The position numbers were made by a program, and so were the translations under genes. From Blasia pusilla (taxonomy: Eukaryota), in contig CM114271.1 of assembly GCA_050084515.1 (NCBI GenBank), positions 23,312,001-23,376,000 of the forward strand: 64,000 bases of DNA, given 5' to 3'. Position 1 is the first letter of the stretch, and each line of letters starts with the position of its first letter. Positions 39,190 through 54,154 of this stretch are shown in pieces. A model generated the notes under the pieces. It was not told the origin of the DNA and searched no databases. It saw only the letters and a program-made list of their open reading frames with translations.

Positions 39190-40473
39190 TGAGTAGTGCC
39201 ACATTTGGCTCAGAGAGAGCGCATTGTGCGACATGCCCATGAGGAGTTGGGACATTTTGGGGTAAAGCGTACGTATAGCTTACTCCTTGGCCAAGATTGG
39301 TGGCGTGGCATGCATACTCAGTGCAGCGATTGGTGTCACGTTGTATGGTTTGTGACCGGGTGAGGGCATCATTTAATGCCCTACACCACAATTACACCCT
39401 TGCCTATTATGGGGTTGGGTTACCGTTGGATGTGGACTTTGCGGGACCGTTATCGTTGGTATCACGACATCATCGATATGTGTTGGTGATGGTGGAGCAC
39501 TTCTCCAAGTGGATTGAGTTGGTGGCATTACGGACAAGGCAAGTGAGGGAACGGCGTATGCGTTTGGATAGAGTGCTTAGTCATTTTGGTGCACCACCGG
39601 TGAAGTCTTGACCGACCAGGGTACAAAGTTTTAGGGTGAGTTTCAGGTCTTGTGTGACAAGGCGTTGATTGATCATCGAACCACGTCTCGAGATCATCCA
39701 GAGGCGGATGGTTTGGCTGAGCGTGTGGTTTAGACGGTGAAGAGGGCATTGCGCAAGTATGGCCTACAGAAGGGGCATCTTGGAGACTGGGATATTCAGT
39801 TGCCATGGTTAGCTATGGGGTATAGGTTAGGATCGCCAAGCATCCTTGGCTTCCTTCTCACCTTATTTTTACATTAAACGGCCGAGATCCAGACTTGCCA
39901 GCAGCAATTCGTCGGGAGTCTAGTGAGGTGGTGAACCTTGATGACCCAGAGATGTGGATGAGGGTGTGTTCTCAGCGGGCGGAGCTCTTTCGAAGAGTTA
40001 TGCCAACAGCCTTTGAGAATCTTGCCATTGCTCAACATAGAGATACATTGTGGTATGCAACCACTCGGGGTGGAGGTTATGGACCATCGATTCGTAGGTT
40101 CCATGTGGGGGACTATGTCTATTTGCAGCAGATTGCACCGACAACGTTGGATGTGACGGCAGGCCGCACTATTTTACGAGTGCGCGAGGTGTTAGCTTCT
40201 GGAGTTCTCATGTTGGAGGGTCGTGATGGAGTTGTTTGGAAGGACCATGTGCATAATTGTGCGCCATGTCATCTTCCAAATGTGGATGGTATTGTTGACC
40301 CAAGCTTAGCCATGATACGTGCTAGCTTGAGGTGCATGTTGTGTGGGTCTGCTGGTAACGCAGCCCGTATGTTGGTGTGTGATCGGTGTTCTAGGGGTTG
40401 GCAAATGATGTGTTTGACTCCACGTTTGGATGTCGTTCCTATTGGAAGGTGGGTTTGTCCTCGATGTACTTAG
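39190..40473 (+). pseudogene. DDE integrase with C-terminal PHD finger (B1)
   Basis: HEELGHFG...CMVCDR (HHCC); VDFAGPL; MVEHFSKWIELV; ADGLAER; PHD CMLC...MLVCDRCSRGWQMMCL...PIGRWVCPRC at ~40333-40470 (usual His is Gln). Confidence 0.92.
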
Positions 40474-40646
40474 GAGAGGTAGATGACTTGATCTTTGCAT
40501 GATATGGATTACAGATGTGCGACTAACGATGGGGCAACCTAGCACCCGGCCTTCTGATTCGGGCACCCAAGAAGGTGTATAGCATATAGTAGATGTATAG
40601 GACTACTTGGGAGTTAGAGGGACCTAACCGCCAGTTAGGGGGGCAA

Positions 40647-41226
40647 GTTGTGGTACACTTGCGTTTGTGGATACTCTCGTCTATGTTATGTACGTATGTG
40701 AGTATGGTATATCAGCGATGTATGTTGTATGACGATGTGGATTCGCACCACAGCTGTCATGACCATACGGATTATGTCGTAGAGTATAGTGTGCTAGTAG
40801 AGGCCATTCCTTATGTAGGACCGTGGTGGCTTGGTAGAGATGCGGTTCCATACATAGGGTTGGGGGTTACTCAGTTGGGGGTGAGTTTCCCAATAGGGCC
40901 CGCTCTTAGGTTGGAGGATATAAGGTGGAGTGCACTCAAAAACGTCGATTCTTTGAGTTGAGCCTCATATGCGTTGGGAGTTAGCCTTGGTAGTGAGTAG
41001 AGCTCTTGGCTATGGTGTTTCCGCAAGCCGACCCCAGATTCTCCCATCGTGGAGTGGGTTTGGCTCGATTGTATGTGATTGTAAACGTGTTTTATGACAA
41101 AGAGGTCTTTCACGGATTTCAGTTGTGGTACACTTGCGTTTGTGGATACTCGTCTATGTTATGTACGTATGTGAGTATGGTATGTCGGCGATGTATGTTG
41201 TATGACGATGTGGATTCGCACGGCGA
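40647..41226 (+). repeat. 3' split direct repeat of B1: B(40647-40752)-GC-A(40755-41121)-B(41122-41226)
   Basis: Both B copies start gttgtggtacacttgcgtttgtggatactc; junction reads ...gcaccACA GC TGTcatgacc. Confidence 0.92.
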
Positions 41227-41230
41227 GGTG

Positions 41231-42130
41231 ATTAGCACGGGTTAGCTCTTTGCTTTTGCAAGCAGGAGTGCGAAAGTCTGAAATACTTGTATGTGGAGAG
41301 TGATGATGTTTGAGGCGCGTCTCACTCGACATGTGGCGCAATTACGCCTACATTTTCCCGACTTATTGTCTGCGTCCGCGTCTGGGTACCAGAGTTCCCT
41401 ACCGAGGGATATTTTGTTGTTGGGGCGCAGGACTTAGAGCGGTAGGGACCATTGATTTGGTCATTGCTGGTTGGCCATGTCGGGGCCAATCGAGTCTTTG
41501 GATGAGGAGCGGGTTGGTCGACACTCGGTCCAGGTTGTTTTGGGAGATGTTGAGGGTCTTACGGCAGCGATTCTGGGAGCACTAGTCTCGTTCTCCACCC
41601 TACATTCGGACAATGTGCCGATCTTAGAGACTCAGTCACGGGTCGTGACGAGTGCTCATCAGTGCGTGCCTGGATCGGCCCAAGAAGTTGTTCTTGGATG
41701 CGGCGAGTGTAGGTTCTAGAGCCCATCGCCCGCGTCTATGGTGGACCAACTTGGTGCCCCATGCGGTGTTATGGAGGGCGTATGCAGAGTGGAGCGCCCC
41801 TCCCTTTGTTAGTGGATTCCATTTCGATCCGGTCGCCGATCATAAAGTGAGGCACGATGATCGACCACCGCTGAGTGTGGTCAGGTAGGCCAGGCGCGGG
41901 CGCCTTGCCCACGTTGTGAGTTTTCCGCTTCCTATGCATACAAGGAGGCCGGTCCTGGCTTGGTTTGGGATGACCAGGTTCAACGGTTGGTGGAGCCCAA
42001 CGCCGACAAGAGAGAGCGGCGATGGGATTTCCCACAGGAGTGACGGCAGTACCATCGAGTGTCGAGGCATCACGATGCCATGTCTTGGGTCGCGATGGAC
42101 CTGAACTTCTTGACATGGATCCTCGGCTTG
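41231..42130 (+). pseudogene. C5-cytosine methyltransferase domain of copy A2 (continues from 31545-31582)
   Basis: IDLVIAGWPCRG, SRLFWEMLRVL, DNVP, LDAASVGSRAHRPRLWWTNL, VEPNAD..MGFPTG, SRCHVLG; many frameshifts. Confidence 0.88.
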
Positions 42131-42469
42131 GGAGTGGCCGGCGGCGTCGTATGAGATCGCGACAGATCACAAGTTGCGTTGGTGAGCCCCATGCTTACCG
42201 AGACGGTGGAGTGGAGGCGTGGTCGGGCGAGACCCGAGGAGATCTACGCACCAGGGAGATCGGGAGAGACACCCTTGGACTTCTTGGGATGTTTTGAAGG
42301 TACGCAAGGAGATGATAGCCACAACATCGAGCGTGGTTTGGGCACGCACGTGGAGGAGATCGAGAGTTTGCGATTGGTCGCAAGAGAGTGGCCAAGTGTT
42401 GTTGTTTGAGACGGGCTTGCACCATAGCAACCACCGATACCCGCGCCGAAGAGTCCTACCGTAGTCACA

Positions 42470-45292
42470 ATGGAGACTTGGGAGCCAGATATGGGCCCTA
42501 AGTTGACAAGAGGAGAGGGGCACCGAATACATCAGTTCCTCAGGAGTTATAGGAGCTGCTTTGCGTTTAGCATGGAGGATTTGGGTACGCTGAAGGGACC
42601 GGGGATCCGCATTGAGTTGTCGAGTGATATGCCGATCTTCCGACGACCCTACAGGTACAGTGATATGGAGAGGGCTCTGATTCAAAGTAGGAGCCAAGAC
42701 TTGGTCGGAGCAGGACTAGTGGAGATGTCGCATGGGGAGTATGCATCTGCCACTGTCATGCCCGCCAAAAAGGATGTGCATGGCAACTGGACGGATAGGC
42801 GGATGTGTGGAGATTACCGACCTATCAATCGGCAGACGAAGTCCGATAGGTATGCCATGCCCACCCTTGAGGAGATCTTTGATGCGATTGGTCACGCAAA
42901 GGTCTTCAGTTCATTGGATTTGCGAGTTGGATACCATCAGCTGCCTATCAGATTGGAGGACAGGCAGAAGAGGACATTTTGGGGCATCGATCCTCACGGG
43001 AAGGATTTTTGTACCAGTGGCGATTCTTACCATTTGGGTTAAAGAAGGCCCGGCTGAGTTTCAAAGGGTCATGGAAAGGATCTTGGTTGGTCTGGATTTT
43101 GCTAGGTGTTATATTGATAACATCGTAGTCTTTAGCACCACGGTTGAGGAGCATGAGCGACATCTAGAGGAGGTGTTTCAACGATTGCAATTACATGGGT
43201 TGAAGCTACATCCAGGCAAGTGCAAGTTCTTCTATGACCAGATTGAGTACTTGGGTCATACAATATACCCAAGGGGCCTTGGTGTTCAGCAGACAAAGGT
43301 AGAGGCTATCTCACGAATTCCACACCCTACAGATATGAGCCGTGTTCACGCATTCATGGGATTGGCGATCTTCTATCGGCGGTACGTCAAGGGATTCAGT
43401 TCGATTGCGAAGTCGATGACCTTGGTGACCAAGGTGGATCACAAGTGGCACTGGGGGGATGAGCAAGAGCGAGCAATTTAGTTGCTTAAGGACAGGTTGA
43501 CGTCCACGCCCATCTTGAGGAGACCGATCAGGGGGGCGTCCTTTCTAGTTGCACACAGATTGGAGCATGTTGGGGCTTGGAGCGGTGCTCACCCAGCATG
43601 ATGATGAGGATAAAGAGTTCTTGGTGGCTTACGCTAGCCGCTCAAACAACATTGCAGAGGCAAAGTATAGCTCGTATGAGGGTGAGTGCTTGGCTGCGGT
43701 GTGGGCTGTCGCGCATTTTAGGTATTACTTATTCGGAAATCCCTTTACCATTATCACTGATCATCAACCACTGAAGTGGTTAATGGAGTCCGACAAGCTT
43801 ACAAGGAAGCTTGCGAGATGGGCTCTGTTGTTGCAGGAGTATGATTTTTAGGTGGTACATAGACCTAGAACGCTCAACCAGGATGCAGATGGGTTGAGTT
43901 GTAACCCATGCTCGAGTCAACGAGATGCGATTGGAGCTCGATGGCATGGAGAGAGTGATGAGGAGTTAGTGTCAGGATGGCACGCGTCAGCCTATTTAGG
44001 CATGTTGGCTATGGAGAGCCAGAGTGTGGAGACTTTGATGGCGAGGTCTAGTGGAGAGTCCTTGGATCCCGAGGCCAGTGAGGAGACGACAGATGGCCGG
44101 AGATATTCATGATAATGGAGTAGTCTTGGAGTACCTTTGGACAAGCAACGTTGCAAGCACCATGGATGCTAAGGAGCGGGATCGATCCCTAGCGGGCCAG
44201 AAGGTTCCGTTGGGAGGGGACACATGTTTTGAGGGTTTGGGAGGATGGCAGAGTACACGTAGTGTCGCATCCTTCGTAGAGAGCATGACTAGTGCAACAT
44301 GCCCATGAGGAGTTGGGTCAATTTGGGGTGAAGCGGACGTGCACCTTATTCCAGATTCAGTATTGGTGGCGAGGCATGCAGACTGACGTTCAACAATTTG
44401 TTGCTAGATGCATGGTGTGTGATCGGGTCCGAGCATCGTTCAATGCTCCGACTCCACAATTGCATCCATTACCGATTATGGGCTTAGGCTATAGATGGAG
44501 TTTGGATTTTGCAGGACCTTTGCCTTTGACAAAGCCTCAGAGTTGTTATGAGTTGGTGATGGTCAAACACTGCTCGAAGTGGATCAAGTTGGTTGCATTG
44601 CCTGACAAAGCGAGTGAGGGAGTAGCTTATGCCTTCCTTGACAAAATGCTGAGTCATTATGGCGTACCGACTGAGGTGTTGACAGACGAGGGTACCAAGT
44701 TTCGCGGTGAGTTCCAAGCCTTGTGTGATCAGGCGCTGATCAGCCATCGCACGACTTCGCGAGATCATCTTGAGGCGGATGGATTAGCGGAGAGAATTGT
44801 GCAAACGGTGAAAAGGGATTTACGCAAGTATAGCTTGCAGAGAGGTCACCTAGGAGATTGGGAAATCCAGTTGCCATGGTCGGTGATAGGATACAGATTC
44901 ATCAGGCAAGCATCCTTAGCGTCTTTTTCACCGTACTTGCTACTTTATGGCCGAGAGCCAGATTTACCTGCGGCCATTTGTGGAGATGCAGGTGAGGTGC
45001 TGCACCTTGATGACCTTGATGTATGGATGTGAGCATGTTCTCAGAGGGCTGAGTTGTTTCGGAGAGTGATGCCCATGGCGTTCGAGAACTTGGCGATTGC
45101 ACAACATCGGGATACGTTGAGGTATGCGACTATTCGGGGTGGTGGTTATCGACCAACTATCCGGAGGTTTCATCAGGGAGATTATGTCTATGTGTAGCAG
45201 ATGGCACCGACAACGTTGGATGTGACTGTAGGGCGCACTATCCTGAGGGTGCGTGACGTTTTGCCATCCGATGTTCTCTTGCTGGAGGGATG
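42470..45292 (+). pseudogene. RT-RNase H-integrase of copy A2, truncated before the PHD region
   Basis: RMCGDYRPIN, LDLRVGYHQL, YIDNIVVFS, HTDWSMLGLGAVL, VAYASRSN, HAHEELGQFG..CMVCD, SLDFAGPLP, LTDEGTKF, ADGLAER. Confidence 0.93.
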
Positions 45293-45294
45293 CT

Positions 45295-48530
<3,236 letters not shown>

Positions 48531-48996
48531 GCATCATTGAGGTTGTTGTTTTTTTTCTTTGAAAGCTGGCCAATGGCCTGGCATCACTGAAGAGGGGATT
48601 GGGTCATAGTTGAGAATGAGATCAAAGGTTGCATTTTCTTGTCAAGAATCGTTGGCATATGGCAACGACATGGTTGTCGCCAACCATTTATGATACTGAA
48701 GGAAGAAGAACTAAAGTTGGTCTTGCTTTTATTTGGATATATGTCTTGGGTATGAGACTTCATCATGATCATCACAAGATCATCCCTCTACGAGTTCACC
48801 ACTCAGACATCAACTATTTCACTCATCCTTTTCATTTAGAATGTTGTTGTATTGTTATTGGATGCGCTGGGTTTCTTACCAAACACACGGGCATGGGTGA
48901 AAAGAAGATTTCCTTATGCTTATGCTCTCGTTCTTGTGGTGCCATGAGTACACAATGTGTGCATAATCCTACCTTTTTATGAAACTCAAAGCACCT

Positions 48997-49902
48997 TATC
49001 GTGCACATACACAACATACATCATTGTCACCGAACACACACACAAACACACACGATCCCATGCTAACTCATGGCATCCAAACAACGAGACAAGAAGTACT
49101 ATAATATCTGCAATAAAGTAAGATCCAATCTCTCTCTCTACACCATCTCACACCATAGCTCTCAAAGGTGTGCACTCTCTCTCATGTCAAACCAAACCCA
49201 CTCTCCTAATGAGAGGCTTGGGTTACACTCACAAGGCAAGGGACCATAGCTCCGCCGCCTCATGCCAAGAGGTTCAACAAAGAGAGAATGAGCTCTCAAG
49301 CTCTCTCTCCTTGAGATATACCCCTCCCCTCTCCCAAGCTCTCTCCATGGTAACCTATTCTCCCAAGTCACCTCCTTGGCTCTTGACCTGATGGAGGAGG
49401 TCAAGGGCCACTTACCTAAAATATAAAGACAATAATATACTCAAGATGGTACTTACCTAAAATAGTAAGTTCCTCAATATGGCTCCAAATGAGCCAAACG
49501 AAGGGGAAACCTGCTCTCTTAGGTTTCTCGGTGCCTCAGTAGGTCATCCTCGACCTACTCAGCGTGTCCTCCACTACTCATGAAGGCGCTCTACTAGATC
49601 TCACTGATCTATCCTAAAAGACGTGACAGCTGTCGTGCACATACACATCGCTACACAACATACATCGTTGTCACCAAACACACACACAACCACCCACAAT
49701 TCCATGCTAACTCATGGCATCCAAACAACGAGACAAAAGTACTAAAATATCTCCAATCGCCCCCCCTAGTGGTGGTTAGGTCCCTCTAACTCTAGATAGC
49801 TATCTATCCCTACCTACCATGACATACATCTCTCGGACGCTAAGAGCAAGAAGGCCTGGTGCTCATGTGGCCCCATCGTTAGTCGCCTTCCTATCATCCA
49901 TG
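48997..49902 (-). mobile_element. Isolated, inverted 3' end of a family A Gypsy: 3' UTR-B(49756-49631)-GC-A(49628-49114)-B(49113-48997)
   Basis: A segment matches 21532-22046; the two B copies match each other; minus-strand junction gcacgACA GC TGTcacgtc; the upstream motif matches the family B 3' UTR. Confidence 0.9.
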
Positions 49903-50139
49903 TCACAGAAAAATCATGGATTCCTGTCATCCATGTCTATTTGTAGGGACGGGACGAAACACTTTTGTTTGGTGCGTATCCTACAATGCATGGTAGTTCT
50001 AAAGCGTGAAGAGACTCACTCAGCAACGGAGATATTCCCTCCTTCCTATGGAAAATATCCACGTGGATTTTTTAAAGCCTTCTCTATTGTGATCCACCCT
50101 ACTACTAAGTTTTTGCGCCATATTATGTAGTAATTAGGA

Positions 50140-50383
50140 AATCTAATGACTTGAGTGAGTCATGCCTAATTTCATGTTTTCTATATTTTAATGTGTGTAT
50201 GACTCATGAGTCATACTCAACACTCAAGTGATGACTTTGTTTTTGCTAGACTCTAAAGAATGACTACTAGAGTGACGTTGAGTCATTCTCGTTTATGTAA
50301 GATTACGCATGACTCATTATCTAGTTACAGAGAAATATGAGTCAAGCTTCCTCTAGTCATATAAATGACATTTTCTTCTAGTG
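50140..50383. repeat. Right CACTA subterminal repeats and TIR
   Basis: atgactcatgagtcat and related copies, ending CATTTTCTTCTAGTG. Confidence 0.9.
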
Positions 50384-52026
50384 TTTGTGAGCCGTATGTA
50401 CATAGGATTGTTTATAATCATACTAGTCAAGAGAAGGTTCAAATTGATGGGACCTTTAGACATAGAGAGTGTGCATATAACACCATCCTACGGGGGGTTT
50501 TAAGGATCTGTGTTGTGAGCAATGTTTTAGCATCCCTCAAATGAATTATTTTAGGATGAGAGTGGGTAGAAGTGTGAAATGAATACACAAACGTGGAAGT
50601 AGGAGTCCAATACGTTATCCAAGATACGATTGGAGTATATGACTTCCCCAAAGCTAAGAGATGCTACTAGAGCAACACTTAGAGCTCGTAGGCAAGAAAG
50701 GTGGGATGTATTTTTGTCTTTGTAGGAAATTATGTGCCTTAAACACGAAAAAGAAAAACTTGAATATCATGTTGTATGAGTTGACAAACATGAGAGACAT
50801 CCTTGCTTTCTTTCGAAACATTATTACAGCTTGGAAGAGAGATGCCTTTGGAAGTAAATCAACATTGTGGGATTTCATGACTGATATGGGGAAGAATTTA
50901 AACCGTAAAGAAAGGGGGTTTCAATTTAAGAGGGGAACAAAGCCATAAGTCAAGCATTTTTGCAATGTGGAGATAGACTAGTAGCCCGTTTGATGGCTAT
51001 GAACCTATGTGGTCCAAGCTTGAGGACATTGACTTGGGAAAGAGCAAAGTTGGTTCCTTTTCGAGCGGGTGTGGGACTTGAAATCTTCTCAGAGATAGCA
51101 AGGATATATACTGCTACCAAGGCTAAACTTGGGATTGAAGGGGATGTGCCTGTGGTTTTGGGAGAAGGCGAAACGCCAATCAAACCTAGAGCCAGGTTGG
51201 GGATCATTGCCATTTGGAATATTTCATTCATAATCATTTCTTTCCAGATTCATGGAATGTAAATATATGTGGTTTATTCCTACATGCCTAATGAGTGTAC
51301 ATATGATAATTGGTTTTTCAGGTGGAAATCTAAGCAAGACGTTCTAATTGGATTCTGTGGGGAGGAAGAAAACCATACATGCTCTTTTGGACTAGAGGTG
51401 CATGTTGGTGATTGAGACGAAGGATACAACAAGATTGTATCTACCTTTCAAACCCATGTGTATGGTATATATGCTAGAGTAGTGATAGTAAATCCTTTGC
51501 ATGAGAGATTGCCTAAGCTTGCACTTTGTTTTATTCCTACTTGCAATAGGTTTAAAGCTAGTTGGGTGAGAGAGCATTGGAAATTATTGGAAGAGTATTG
51601 GGGTCTAGAATGTAGAGCAACGACTGGTCCTATAATTGGTCATGATAGTGATGGAGACTCGCGTAGACGCAAATTCATAATGGAAGATGATATTGGAAAA
51701 TCAGGAGTAGTCAATAGATATTGTGTTGGTTGGGACGGATGGGTACTATGAGGAACTATACTTCCCAGTGGAGATGTATGTGGTCTTGGGAATCATGATC
51801 CTTCACATAATGATAAGAAGGCAATCAACCTGTTGGATCGGATGAGCACGCCTTTGGGCTTTAGGAGATCATATAGCTACATTGGAACATGTGATGCTTG
51901 TATTCAAGCATTACTCGTATGACGAGCATAAGCTCAATTTTGATGATGTTTGTCGCAAAGATAGGCAAAATTGGGCAGGGCCCCAAAGGATAGCGAGTAG
52001 GAAAGTGCAAAAGTTGTTGATACACA
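50384..52026 (+). pseudogene. 3' part of the P-element-like DDE transposase gene, with an intron at ~51196-51321; cut by a family B Gypsy at 52027
   Basis: NLCGPSLRTL; VLGEGETPIK (degenerate first acidic motif); IGFCG; IVNPLH..LP; GHDSDGDSRRRK; DPSHNDKKAINLL (DxxH); KDRQNWAGPQR. Order and spacing resemble P/THAP9-type transposases. Confidence 0.65.
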
Positions 52027-54154
52027 TATCATGACCATACGGATTATGTCGTAGAGTATAGTGTGCTAGTAGAGGCCATACCTTATGTAGGATCGTAGTG
52101 GCTAGGTAGAGATGCGGTTTCATACATAGGGTTGGGGGTTACTCAATTGGGGGTGATTTTCCCAGTAAGGCCCGCTCTTAAGTTGGAGGATAAAGTGTGG
52201 AGTGCACCCAAAGAACAGTCAGTTCTTTGAGTTGAGCCTGTTGCGTTGGGAGTTAGCCTTGGTAGTGAGTAGAGCTCTTGGCTATGGTGTTTCCCGCAAG
52301 CTTCGACCTAGATTCTCCCATCGTGGAGTGGGTTTGGCTCGATTGTATGTGATTCTATATGTGTTTTATGATAGTAGGTCTTTCACGGATTTCACTCAAA
52401 ACTGAAGTAGATCAATGGTAGCTTCGATTGTGGATAAGTAGGATCTGGTTAGGGCTGATTGTGTACTCAGCCGTGGATGTTCGTGGCTTGTGGCCTATGT
52501 TGGAGGTGTGAATCTGGTGCGTGGTTGGTTGGGAAAGAAGTGCCTTGCTGAGAGCTTTTCGACGTGCTTTAGATCGCCGGATTTTGTCAAGGGAGTTGGA
52601 AGTTATCAAGGATTCAAGATTCTGGTTCGTGTTTGACGATTTTCTCATGTGGAGAGCTTAGAGTGCGGAAGCTGTGTTGAAGTTCATCCAGATCGGGTGA
52701 GAGGTTCCTATTGCTACTTGTATTGTGATCTCATGTGAAGCTATCTGCTCGAGTGTGTGGAGCGTTGCGGATTTTTGCGTGCACGAAACTCGGCGGAAGC
52801 GCCGTCGGATTTGCGATTCTCGAGGTGTATGGATAGCAAGTTTGTCTGATTTTTAGCTCGGAGTACAGAGCTCGGTTGTAGCTTTTTTTTGTGGAGAAAG
52901 CTATGGTGGTCAACTGATTTCTGGTTGAAACAGATTCAATTTTGGTTGAGGATTTAAGGAGTAATTTTTTATTGAAATTTTGCGGACTAGCTCAAGGTCT
53001 AGCTATGGTGGACAGCGGATCGGAGGGGCTGGTTGGTTGGTGACTCGTTCATTGTTGGAGACGCCTATCCCATTGGGGGCGCCCTGGTTGGGCCTCTCTC
53101 CATAGCGAAGCATGAAGAAGCGTGGCGAACGGGGCATGTCTCGAGCATTTCGAGGCTTCGAGGCAACTCGTGGTAGCTCTGGGCGTGAGGCAGTTTTTGC
53201 AAGATTTGTGATTTGAGTGTTGCATAACTCGTCACCCATCTTTGGGCTATTCTGCCTAGAAGACGCTTAACTGCTGAGTTCTTAACTATGCCAGTGTACA
53301 CACTGGTGTAGCTCATTTGGTGCTGTTCGGAGAGGTGTTAGGCACTTTATGCATCTCAGGTTTTTGGTTGATGGACCTCTAGTGCATAGTACGGTGTAGC
53401 CTTTCCATGCATGTGATATTTTCAAGTGCTGGGAGTTTGACTAGCACGTCATCGACTCGCGGCGGAGTAGCTATTGCGTTAGAATTGTGTGGTGGGTTTT
53501 CTGGATTCAGGGGGCGCCACGTTTGGTGGATTGTGTTACCTTGATTTCCATTTGCGATTGGAGGATTGTCATTGGACTTCTTGTGTTTGGATCCCCTCCA
53601 TCGTTGCTTCTTGCTTGCGCGCCCATTGTTAGGGTTGACGCTGATTTCCAGAGTAGTGTTACTCCTTGTGTGCTACCGGGTAGTGAGGTCTGGAGTGATG
53701 TTGATGAGACCGTGGGAAGCTTCTTGTGGTGATGACAGGTTAAGTTTCCTACACCCATAGCTAGTAGAGCTAGAATAGTACAGCGACATGGACATCACTT
53801 GGTTACTTAGTGGTGGTAATTTGGTGGTGGTGCGGCATCGGTGTTGGTCATCACGGAGCTGTTTGGTGGTCTGGTTGGGGACCGTGGTGCGGACAGTGGA
53901 GGTTTTACACGGAGTGGATTGAGGTATCGGCTACCTTTTCTACTTCCGACGGTTGATGAAGAGGAGGACGAGGTGTTCCAAACACCGAGTCTTCTACGTT
54001 GTTATTGAGTGTTGCAGTTCCATTAATCTAGGACATGGATGGAAGATATGGGGCCATGAAGGGCCCACGAAGATACTCGGGTGCAGTGGGCTCCATTGAG
54101 TTGGAAGACTTCATGCAGGAGTTTGATACGTGGTGTGATATGCAGATGTTGCGG
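52027..54154 (+). mobile_element. 5' fragment of a second family B Gypsy (A repeat, 5' UTR, start of gag)
   Basis: Colinear with 31583-33640; starts tatcatgaccatacgg; ends after ...WCDMQMLR. Confidence 0.92.

Larger units (their letters stand above)
31583..41226 (+). mobile_element. Full-length Ty3/Gypsy family B element (B1): gag-PR-DNMT-RT-RH-INT-PHD with split direct repeats
   Basis: Starts TGTCATGACC. A repeat 31583-31950 recurs at 40755-41121; B repeat 40647-40752 recurs at 41122-41226. Imperfect TSD (ggga / ggtga). The flanks rejoin the DNMT frame of A2. Confidence 0.92.
26450..45292 (+). mobile_element. Ty3/Gypsy family A, copy A2 (gag-PR-DNMT-RT-RH-INT), interrupted by copy B1 at 31583-41226 and truncated at ~45292 by LINE sequence
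   Basis: A repeat at 26450; gag 28600-30100; protease ~30840; DNMT motif I RVLDLFGG|ISTG split across the B1 insertion; RT, RNase H and integrase 42470-45290. Confidence 0.9.

Noticed and set aside
31583-41226. DIRS/Ngaro/PAT tyrosine-recombinase element
   Set aside because: RT, RNase H, aspartic protease and HHCC-DDE integrase are Gypsy-type, and no recombinase ORF was recognised.
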